A stretch of DNA of 64,000 bases from Chloroflexota bacterium (GTDB lineage Bacteria > Chloroflexota > JAHJIN01). The stretch's first letter is position 1. The number at the start of each line of letters is the position of its first letter. Below are positions 27,515-34,268 of the stretch, piece after piece. Location: NCBI GenBank assembly GCA_018823415.1, contig JAHJIN010000185.1, positions 46,880 to 110,879 on the forward strand. The letters run 5' to 3'. The notes under the pieces were generated by a model, which saw only the letters and a program-made list of their open reading frames with translations, made no database searches and was not told the origin of the DNA. The position numbers were made by a program, and so were the translations under genes.

Positions 27515-29128
27515 ATGAGCGACCAAATGAACCTGATGGCCGCGCTGGGCAAGGTGCAGGAGGCCAACCTGACCGCCGCCGCGCGCGCCTGTAAGCTGAC
27601 CGCCAACGCCGCCGCGCAACTGTGGGGCTTGCCGGCTCCCTGGGGCGAGGTCGTGCCGCCGGACAAGCGTTTTCGCGACGATGCCTGGGGCGAGTATCCG
27701 GCCACCGACTGGTTGCGGCAGGCCTATCTCATCGCTGCCCGGTGGATGCTGGACCTGGCCGATGGGTGGGAGTCGCTGGACCCGGCCATCCACCGCCAGG
27801 CCCGGTTCTGGACGCAACAGGCCGTGGACGTGGCAAGCCCGGCCAATTCCCCGCTGACCAACCCGGTGGTCCTGCGCGAGACCGCTCGCACCGGCGGGGC
27901 CAACCTCGCGCGGGGTGCGCGCAACCTGCTCGCCGACGCGCGCCGGGGGCGCATCAGCCAGGTCGCCGAGGGGGCATTCACCGTCGGCCGGGACCTGGCC
28001 ATCACCCCCGGCCAGGTGGTCTATCGCAACCCCCTCATCGAGCTGATCCAGTACGCCCCGGTCACCAACAGGGTCCACGCCACGCCCCTCCTGATCATCC
28101 CGCCGTGGATCAACCGCTACTATGTGATGGACCTGCGGCCGGCGAACTCGCTGTTCAAATATCTGGTGGACGCCGGGTTCACGCTGTTCGCCATCAGTTG
28201 GAAGAACCCGGGCAGCGACTTGCGGAACCTGGACTGGGAAGACTATATGGAGCAAGGCCCGCTGGACGCGCTGCGCGTCGTCCGGGCCATCACCGGCGCG
28301 GAGCACGTGAACGCGGCCGGCTATTGCGTGGGCGGCATCCTGCTGGAGACGGTCCAGGCCCATCTGGCCGCTACCGGCGACACTTCCATCGCCAGCGCCA
28401 CGTATTTCACCACGCACCTGGACTTTTCTCACGCTGGCGACATGGCCGTCTTTCTTAACGAGCCGAGCCTGTTGTTCCTGGAGTGGCTGATGAACGCCAG
28501 CGGCGGGTACCTGGACGGCCGGAACCTGGCGGCCACGTTCAACATGCTGCGGGCCAACGACCTGATCTGGGAATACGTGGTGAACAACTATTGGCTGGGC
28601 CAGGAACCGCCGGCCTTTGACCTGCTCTACTGGAACGGCGACGGGACACGGGTGCCGGAGCGCGTGCACGCGTTTCTGCTGCGCAACCTGTTCCTGGAGA
28701 ACCGGCTGCTGACGCCGGGCGGCCTGCGGGTCAAGGGGACCGACCTGGACATGCGCCGGATCACCGCCCCCATCTATGCCGTGGCCGGGACCGAGGACCA
28801 CATCGTCCCCTGGCCGGCGGCGTACAAGCTGCGCGAACAGGCCAGCGGCCCGGTGCGCTTGATCCTGGCCGAGGGCGGCCACATCGGCGGGATTATCAAC
28901 CCGCCGGCGGCCAAGAAACGTGGCTATTGGCTCAACGAGGGCGCGGCGAGCGGTACGGACGCGGAGGCGTGGCGGGCCGGCGCCACGCGCCACGCCGGCA
29001 GTTGGTGGGATGACTGGGCGGCCTGGATGCGGGATCAGTCCGGCGAGCCGGTGCCGCCGCCAACGCTGGGCAGCGCCGAGTTCCCGCCGCTGGCAGCCGC
29101 CCCGGGCACGTATGTGTTGGAGCAATAG
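27515..29128 (+). CDS. phaC: class I-like poly(3-hydroxyalkanoate) synthase
   Basis: ATG after AGGAGA. PhaC_N-like DKRFRDDAW, lipase box AGYCVGG. ...DHIVPW... and a C-terminus typical of PhaC. Confidence 0.85.
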   Translation: MSDQMNLMAALGKVQEANLTAAARACKLTANAAAQLWGLPAPWGEVVPPDKRFRDDAWGEYPATDWLRQAYLIAARWMLDLADGWESLDPAIHRQARFWTQQAVDVASPANSPLTNPVVLRETARTGGANLARGARNLLADARRGRISQVAEGAFTVGRDLAITPGQVVYRNPLIELIQYAPVTNRVHATPLLIIPPWINRYYVMDLRPANSLFKYLVDAGFTLFAISWKNPGSDLRNLDWEDYMEQGPLDALRVVRAITGAEHVNAAGYCVGGILLETVQAHLAATGDTSIASATYFTTHLDFSHAGDMAVFLNEPSLLFLEWLMNASGGYLDGRNLAATFNMLRANDLIWEYVVNNYWLGQEPPAFDLLYWNGDGTRVPERVHAFLLRNLFLENRLLTPGGLRVKGTDLDMRRITAPIYAVAGTEDHIVPWPAAYKLREQASGPVRLILAEGGHIGGIINPPAAKKRGYWLNEGAASGTDAEAWRAGATRHAGSWWDDWAAWMRDQSGEPVPPPTLGSAEFPPLAAAPGTYVLEQ

Positions 29129-29228
29129 CACACTCGACCGCTGACCACTGACGGCCGACCGCCCGGGCACTGGATGACGGTCAGCGGCCCCTATCGGGCG
29201 CCATCGGCGGTCCTTATGGAGCAAACCA

Positions 29229-29570
29229 ATGAGCAAGAAAACCGAACCGCCAGCCCCCGACCCCCTCCAGCCCTGGATCCAGTTCTGGGAGACCTGGTCC
29301 CAGTCCTGGTCCAAAGCACTGAGCGACACCGCCGCCAGTGAGGCGTTCGCCGAGTCCATGGGCCAGCACGCAGAGATCTACCTGCAGGCCACGGCCCTGG
29401 TGCGCCGCCAGATGCAAGAGGTCATGGAGCAAACCATGCACCAGATGAGCGTCCCCACCCGCGACGACGTGATCCGCCTGGGCGAGCGCTTGACCCACAT
29501 CGAGATGCGGCTGGACGACCTGGACGCCAAGGCGGACGAGGTTTTGGACCGGTTGAAGGCGATGGCGTAA
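29229..29570 (+). CDS. PhaE/PhaR-like small PHA synthase partner subunit (putative)
   Basis: 113 aa. W-rich N-terminus (QPWIQFWETWSQSW) and VPTRDDVIRLGERLTHIEMRLDDLD resemble the conserved PhaE C-terminal box. Sits directly upstream of the class III phaC. Confidence 0.55.
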   Translation: MSKKTEPPAPDPLQPWIQFWETWSQSWSKALSDTAASEAFAESMGQHAEIYLQATALVRRQMQEVMEQTMHQMSVPTRDDVIRLGERLTHIEMRLDDLDAKADEVLDRLKAMA

Positions 29571-29604
29571 AATGCAGTACGCCATCAGGATGATTTTGAT
29601 CAAT

Positions 29605-29684
29605 GTCATTGCGAGGCGCGGTTTTCTCGCCGAAGCAATCCCCACCGCTGTGACTGGAGATTGCTTCGCTTCGCTCGCAATGAC
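29605..29684. repeat. nested palindromic REP/MITE-like element (GTCATTGCGAG...CTCGCAATGAC)
   Basis: Outer arms 29605-15 and 29674-84. Inner arms cgaagcaatcccc and ggagattgcttcg. A half copy gtcattgcgagcg lies at 26809-26821. Confidence 0.7.
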
Positions 29685-29701
29685 AGTTACGAGATAGACG
29701 A

Positions 29702-30793
29702 ATGTCACTCCTTGCCCAACAGACGCAAGCCCGCCTCGTCGCCGGGATGCAGGCCATCGTGGACTCGTACGACGTGGCGGTGGGCCTGACGCCCGGGGAC
29801 ACGGTGTGGGCGCTCAACAAGGCCCGGCTCTATCGCTACCGGCCCATCGTGCCCCCGGAGGACCGCTACCCCATTCCCCTGCTCCTGGTCTACGCCCTCA
29901 TCAACAAGCCCTACATCCTGGACCTGCTTCCGGGCCGCAGTTTTGTCGAGTTCATGGTGAGCCAGGGATTCGACGTGTACCTGCTGGATTGGGGCGCGCC
30001 GGGGCCGGAGGACCGACATACTCGCTTTGACGATTACGCCGCCGAGTACCTCCCCCGCGCCGTGCGCAAGATGCTGCGTGTCCACACACACAGTGGGCTG
30101 CGCCGGACACGGCGCGTCTCTGGCGCCAGCGAGTTCAGCATCCTGGGCTACTGCATCGGCGCGACCATCAGCGTGCTCTATGCCGCCCTCCACCCAGACG
30201 CCCCCCTGCGCAACCTGGTCCTGCTGACGCCACCCCTGGATTTTTCGGTGCGAGAGGACAGCGTCTTTGCCACCTGGCTCGACGAGCGGTATTTCGACGT
30301 GGACCGGCTGGTGGATACCCTGGGCAACGTCCCGGCCTCGATCATTGAGGCCGGGTCCAAGATGCTCAAGCCGGCGGAGAATTACGTGGGGGCCTATGCG
30401 ACGCTGTGGAATCGACTGGGGGATGAGGACGCGGTGCGGAGCTGGCAGGCGATGCACCGCTGGGTACACGATGGGGTGCCGTTCGCCGGGGAGGCCTTTC
30501 GCCAGTGGGTGAAAGAGTACATCCGGGGCAACGAGCTCATCGAGGGACGGCACGTGGTCCGAGGCCAGCGCGCGGACCTGCCCAACATTCGTGCCGCGCT
30601 CCTCAACGTCGTCGCCGAATATGACCACATCGTGCCCCGGTCGCAATCTCTCAGCATCATGGACCGGGTCGCCAGCACCGACAGGCACCTGGAGAGCGTC
30701 CGGGCCGGGCACGTGGGGGTCATGGCCGGGAGCCGGGCCCGCCACGAGCTATGGCCCCGCATCGCCGGGTGGCTGGGGGAACGGTCTGGTTAG
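29702..30793 (+). CDS. phaC: class III poly(3-hydroxyalkanoate) synthase catalytic subunit
   Basis: 363 aa. LLLVYALINKPYILDL, lipase box GYCIGA, HVGVM... all typical of class III PhaC. Carries an apparent 11-aa insertion (VHTHSGLRRTR) before the lipase box. Confidence 0.85.
   Translation: MSLLAQQTQARLVAGMQAIVDSYDVAVGLTPGDTVWALNKARLYRYRPIVPPEDRYPIPLLLVYALINKPYILDLLPGRSFVEFMVSQGFDVYLLDWGAPGPEDRHTRFDDYAAEYLPRAVRKMLRVHTHSGLRRTRRVSGASEFSILGYCIGATISVLYAALHPDAPLRNLVLLTPPLDFSVREDSVFATWLDERYFDVDRLVDTLGNVPASIIEAGSKMLKPAENYVGAYATLWNRLGDEDAVRSWQAMHRWVHDGVPFAGEAFRQWVKEYIRGNELIEGRHVVRGQRADLPNIRAALLNVVAEYDHIVPRSQSLSIMDRVASTDRHLESVRAGHVGVMAGSRARHELWPRIAGWLGERSG
30080..30117 (+). repeat. REP-like element copy inside the phaC coding sequence
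   Basis: 31/31 nt identical to 39894-39924 (gtccacacacacagtgggctgcgccggacac), plus 5/7 matches in the next 7 nt. Confidence 0.85.
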
Positions 30794-30886
30794 CTGCTTC
30801 CTAACCTGGGTGAAGCCGCTACGCTACCAAGCCAGACTCGACTAGGTTGCAACCTGCTGGATATTCTCGCTCATGGCGCAAAAATT

Positions 30887-32179
30887 TCACGGGTTAGGCC
30901 CCAGCACCCGCTCCATCTCTTCCCAGAAGGCCCCGGCCAGGCTCACGTGGAGCAGATAGGCCGGCACGGCCCGCACCAGCGCGCACAGGTTCTCGAAACG
31001 CTGGAGGTTGAACGCCGCGACCTCGTCCAGCGGCAGGCCCCGCAAAAAGTGCGTTGAGGTCTGCTGCGCCAGCTCCGTCAGCAGGGCCAGCGTGTGACCG
31101 GGCCCTAGCGGTTCGACGCGGTCCTCCTCTCCTTGCTCCAGGACAAAGATGGCCCGCAGTGGTACGGCTTCCTGCACGTCCCAGGTGTCGCTCCCGTCCC
31201 CCTTTTCTTCGCCAAAGAACCGGCTCCAGGTGGGCCAGGAGTGCGCCCAGTAGGTGCCCCCCGCGTGTGGGGCCTCGTCTCGCACCACCAGCGTCACGTC
31301 GTCGGCCAGGGCGCGCCAAGGTGGGACCAGACGGCGGCTGGCCGTGGACTTGCCCACGCCGGAGCGACCGGCGAGGAGAATGCCGGCTCCGCTGCTGTGG
31401 CGCGGAGCTTGGGCCAACCCGCTGTGCAGCAGCACGCCACTACGGGGCAACATCTCGCGGGCGATGCAGGCCGAGAGCCGCGTGAGCTGTTGCCAGAACC
31501 ATTGCTCTTCAGTGAGGGGTTCGGAGACGAAACGAAGGCCGCCGGCAGCAGCGTCAGGCCGGGGCCGGCGAGGGCGCAGCACGTCCGGCGGTTCCAGCAC
31601 ACAGACGACGTCGGTATCGCTCATGTAGGTCGGAATGCCATTCCGACCTACGCCGGTCACGACGAGCAGGCGGCGTGTGTCCGGGGGAAGTGGCGTTGGC
31701 GCCGGCGACAATCGCGCGGCCCGGGCGAAAAAGTCCACCACGCGCGCGGCCGTGGCATCGCCGGCGCACAGGGCCAGGCGAGTGTCGTCGGCCACGGTCA
31801 GGGTAAAGCCCTCATCCACTCTCCCGCTGCGCGCCTTTCCCCCTCCCAATGGTGGGAGGGGGAAAGGTAAAGGGGCCGTGGGGGAGGGCGAGGGCCTGGT
31901 CAGCGGTTCTGCCAGCACGAACAACCGCCGCTCCAGGTCATTGGCAAAGGCGAGCGTGTCGGCCAGGATGGTCGAGGGTGCATTCTCGCATTGGCTTGCT
32001 ACCTGCTCGGCGACCTGGGCCAGGGTGCGCCGGCCGTCGAGCAGCTTCCAGATGGTCACGCCCACCGGGCTGGCACCCACGGCCTCGGCGGTGAGGGGAT
32101 GGAACAGGATGGCCCAGTCGTCGAAATCCTCCCGGAGCACGACCTGGGGATGAATGCTGGGGGTGTCGGTTGGTTTCAC
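30887..32179 (-). CDS. PqqD-family (RiPP recognition element) domain fused to an HPr-kinase-like P-loop domain
   Basis: GTG 32179 lies 5 nt after AGGAGA. N-terminus VVLREDFDDWAILFHPLTAEAVGASPVGVTIWKLLDGRRTLAQVAEQV (PqqD-like), then a Pro-rich linker. C-terminus GVLLHSG...GILLAGRSGVGKSTASRRL...ALADDV (HprK-like). The track ATG 32212 lies only 9 nt from the -10 box and has no RBS. Confidence 0.75.
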   Translation of the reverse strand: MKPTDTPSIHPQVVLREDFDDWAILFHPLTAEAVGASPVGVTIWKLLDGRRTLAQVAEQVASQCENAPSTILADTLAFANDLERRLFVLAEPLTRPSPSPTAPLPFPLPPLGGGKARSGRVDEGFTLTVADDTRLALCAGDATAARVVDFFARAARLSPAPTPLPPDTRRLLVVTGVGRNGIPTYMSDTDVVCVLEPPDVLRPRRPRPDAAAGGLRFVSEPLTEEQWFWQQLTRLSACIAREMLPRSGVLLHSGLAQAPRHSSGAGILLAGRSGVGKSTASRRLVPPWRALADDVTLVVRDEAPHAGGTYWAHSWPTWSRFFGEEKGDGSDTWDVQEAVPLRAIFVLEQGEEDRVEPLGPGHTLALLTELAQQTSTHFLRGLPLDEVAAFNLQRFENLCALVRAVPAYLLHVSLAGAFWEEMERVLGPNP

Positions 32180-32220
32180 CGGGGTCTCCTGTAACCGTGA
32201 TGATGGTTCCATCCGGCGGC

Positions 32221-32249
32221 ATTATACCGTCTTTCGGGCTGTCAGTCAA
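32221..32249 (-). promoter_or_regulatory. near-consensus sigma70 promoter of the PqqD-kinase-like gene
   Basis: Minus strand: TTGACT (32249-44), 17 nt, TATAAT (32226-21). Confidence 0.65.
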
Positions 32250-32280
32250 TGTGTCGCGCCAATCCCAGCCCCGCCGCACG

Positions 32281-32313
32281 CAAAACCCGCCGGCGGCCAA
32301 GCCACCCGGCGGG
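32281..32313 (-). terminator. intrinsic terminator after precursor-like ORF A
   Basis: cccgccgg...ccggcggg stem, followed on the minus strand by TTTTG. A homologous copy lies at 33680-33713. Confidence 0.65.
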
Positions 32314-32469
32314 TGAGTGGGGTCAGGTTGTGGCGCGCCGGCGCTTACCTTCCCGCAAGCTGATCTACGTTCCCCGCCTGTGGCGGACAGACGCTCCGGG
32401 CATGGCTTGCGGGAATGTGCAGCGCCCGGCCGGAATGGCACGCTGCCAGGCCGAGCTTGACTTCTACGA

Positions 32470-32790
32470 TCATGGTATGGCCGGCAAACTCCCGACTACA
32501 CAAGGTAGATCGTTGGTCATGCCGCTGCTGCCGGCATCGCACGTGGACCCGGTCGGATTGGTGCCGGAAGCGCAGGTGGGGATTGCCGATACCCCACTCA
32601 GGCAGTCTCCCGGGTCTCCATAGAAGAATTTGACGGCCGAGCCCGCACCGCATATGCCAGCCCCGGTGCCCACAGCGCAGTATTCGTATGGCCCGGTCGC
32701 TGCCGCTCCGTCTCGGCACTGGAGCGGCCACTGGCCGGTGGCTCGAGCCCCGGCCGCCAGGTCCACCATCACTGGTTTCTGGTAACGCAT
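32470..32790 (-). CDS. Cys/Gly-rich precursor-like peptide A (106 aa)
   Basis: ATG after AAGGAGGAAG. MRYQKPVMVDLAAGARATGQWPLQC, then a divergent 7-Cys tail. One of three paralogs. Confidence 0.7.
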   Translation of the reverse strand: MRYQKPVMVDLAAGARATGQWPLQCRDGAAATGPYEYCAVGTGAGICGAGSAVKFFYGDPGDCLSGVSAIPTCASGTNPTGSTCDAGSSGMTNDLPCVVGSLPAIP

Positions 32791-32894
32791 GTTCTTCCTC
32801 CTTGTGTTGATGTGCCGACCAGCCTTGCGAAGGTTCTACGAGATGTTCGCCGGCCAAAAGTACCGTGTATAAGGCTCTGGTACCGGCCGCTCCC

Positions 32895-32924
32895 AGCATA
32901 CCAGAGGAGGGACGGATGTGTCAA
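32895..32924 (-). promoter_or_regulatory. sigma70 promoter of peptide A
   Basis: Minus strand: TTGACA (32924-19), 18 nt, TATGCT (32900-32895). Confidence 0.6.
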
Positions 32925-33110
32925 TACCCCGCGGCACTGGGCCGCGGTCAGGGTATGCTGGCCGCGCTGGGCGAGCAGCTTCCAGATGGTCACGCCCAGC
33001 GCATCCAGGCCCACCACCTCCCCAGTGAGAGGGTGGAACAGCACAACCCAGTCGTCGAACTCGCGCAACACGACATGGGGGTCGGCGATGGGCCTGTCTG
33101 TGGGTTGCGC
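32925..33110 (-). pseudogene. decayed duplicate of the 5' end of the PqqD-kinase-like gene
   Basis: DNA and protein homology to 32179-32000 (LREFDDWVVLFHPLTGEVVGLDALGVTIWKLL). The position of the GTG start reads GCG (33110-08). Homology stops where the peptide-A promoter begins. The track ORF 32769..33071 reads through promoter and RBS. Confidence 0.6.
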
Positions 33111-33132
33111 GGTGTGACTCCTATGATTGACG

Positions 33133-33165
33133 AGGCCCTACGGGTCTCCCAGACCCGTAGGGCCT
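33133..33165 (-). terminator. 15-bp hairpin after peptide B
   Basis: aggccctacgggtct-ccc-agacccgtagggcct. No T-run. Confidence 0.5.
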
Positions 33166-33256
33166 GGACATGGTTGCTCTCATCCCGGCGAAGGTGAGTA
33201 GGGTCAGGCTGTGGCGCGCTGACAGTGTGCGTTGCGGCGGGGCGCCAGGCTGGCGA

Positions 33257-33556
33257 TCAGCCGACGTGTGAAGGTCCAGCAGTACAGTCGCCTGCGGTGC
33301 CCCCCAAGCCGAACTCGCACTCCCAGTGATAATACGTGGTCATCCCTGAGAGACATGTAAAACCCGCGTTTGACCCGCCGGCGCAGTCTCCCGCGTTTGG
33401 CCCGGTGGTGCAGGCAGCATCATAAGCCGGGGTGGTGCCGGATCCGCAGACTCCCTGGAACGTAGGTGATGTGCCAGGCACGCACGACAAAGGCCCCTGT
33501 CCGGCCGCCCGCGCCCGCGCGCTCAAGTCCATCACCTTCGGTTTCTCGTACCGCAT
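33257..33556 (-). CDS. Cys/Gly-rich precursor-like peptide B (99 aa)
   Basis: Internal ATG 33556 after CAGGAGGC. MRYEKPKVMDLSARARAAGQGPLSC, then a divergent 7-Cys tail. Confidence 0.7.
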   Translation of the reverse strand: MRYEKPKVMDLSARARAAGQGPLSCVPGTSPTFQGVCGSGTTPAYDAACTTGPNAGDCAGGSNAGFTCLSGMTTYYHWECEFGLGGTAGDCTAGPSHVG

Positions 33557-33631
33557 GTTCGCCTCCTGTGGTTCGATGAATGGCGTCGCGCCTGATGGGG
33601 CGGTCCAGTCCCGGCAACCGGGGCCATGCAT

Positions 33632-33661
33632 ATGATACACGTAAGGGGGGGGGGATGTCAA
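33632..33661 (-). promoter_or_regulatory. sigma70 promoter of peptide B, with a C10 (plus-strand G10) tract in the spacer
   Basis: Minus strand: TTGACA (33661-56), 18 nt containing the homopolymer at 33645-54, TATCAT (33637-32). Confidence 0.6.
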
Positions 33662-33679
33662 TGCCGGTCTTGCTGCACG

Positions 33680-33713
33680 CAAAACCCGCCGGGCGGTCAG
33701 GCCACCCGGCGGG
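33680..33713 (-). terminator. intrinsic terminator after peptide C
   Basis: cccgccggg...cccggcggg stem plus TTTTG on the minus strand. Confidence 0.65.
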
Positions 33714-33860
33714 TGAAGGACCCACCAGGCAACGGTGGGCGGTGTCAGATTGGGGCGTGCAGGCATTTACCTTCCCGCAAGCTCCGAGCTTTCGGGAAGG
33801 TGCCGAGGCGGGCGCGTTGGCGAGCCGGCCCGGCCCTGCACACCGCAACGCCTATGGCGG

Positions 33861-34157
33861 TTATATTGGACCTGGTCCTGAAGTACAGAATTCTATGACA
33901 TTTGCGTCCGTTCCGCCGACACACGAGTAATTGCCGCCCCCGGACCCGATCCGGCAATCGTAGGGAGAGTTCCCACCTGCGCAGGGGCCAACTCCTGGAC
34001 CGCCGTCAGGGCCAGCATTGCAAGGGTACGAGGCGCTGGGGGTGCCTCCCCCCGAACAGCTTGCATCGCTCGAGCCAAATAAACATCCCAATGGCCACTG
34101 GCCGGTGACCCGGGCACTGGCGCTCAAGTCCATCACGACGGGTTTCTGGTAACGCAT
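33861..34157 (-). CDS. Cys/Gly-rich precursor-like peptide C (98 aa)
   Basis: Internal ATG 34157 after CAGGAGAAAG. MRYQKPVVMDLSASARVTGQWPLGC, then a divergent 7-Cys tail. Confidence 0.7.
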   Translation of the reverse strand: MRYQKPVVMDLSASARVTGQWPLGCLFGSSDASCSGGGTPSASYPCNAGPDGGPGVGPCAGGNSPYDCRIGSGGGNYSCVGGTDANVIEFCTSGPGPI

Positions 34158-34223
34158 GGTCTTTCTCCTGATGTTGATATGCCGGTGCCCCCTGGCGTTC
34201 ACGGCTGGAACCCGGCCACTTCC

Positions 34224-34253
34224 AGTATACCAGGAGGGGGGAAGAGTTGTCAA
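34224..34253 (-). promoter_or_regulatory. sigma70 promoter of peptide C
   Basis: Minus strand: TTGACA (34253-48), 18 nt, TATACT (34229-24). Confidence 0.6.
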
Positions 34254-34268
34254 TACCCGGCCGCGCGT

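Noticed and set aside
29138-29187. Inverted repeat ccgctgacc...ggtcagcgg after the first phaC as a terminator
   Set aside because: The stem is 9 bp with a 32-nt loop and no T-run. It is too weak to call.
27398-29359. 653-aa minus-strand ORF. Similar long antisense ORFs occur at 3830-5212, 5041-6009, 34361-35944, 37488-38462, 38505-39944, 40061-41149, 41085-42050, 42123-43388, 43459-44655, 44902-45615, 46588-47325, 49566-50336, 55147-55977, 58040-58867 and 60758-61633.
   Set aside because: Each is antisense to, or in an alternate frame of, a gene with recognisable family motifs. Composition is Arg/Gly/Ala/Pro/His-biased and no start context is visible.
1805-30840. Shared CCTAACCTRG... strings near 1805-1833, 3327-3355 and 30797-30830 as another repeat family
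   Set aside because: The similarity is short and degenerate. Only the first copy forms a hairpin (aacctgg/ccaggtt). I cannot distinguish this from chance by eye.
32212-32212. ATG 32212 (track start) as the start of the PqqD-kinase-like gene
   Set aside because: It lies 9 nt downstream of the TATAAT box, essentially at the predicted transcription start, and has no RBS. GTG 32179 has AGGAGA at 5-nt spacing. A leaderless mRNA cannot be excluded.
32769-33071. 100-aa ORF as an intact stand-alone PqqD protein
   Set aside because: Only the first 45 or so residues are PqqD-like. The rest is read-through across the peptide-A promoter, 5' UTR and RBS. There is no RBS before the GVG start, and the ancestral start position is GCG. 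Called a pseudogene instead.
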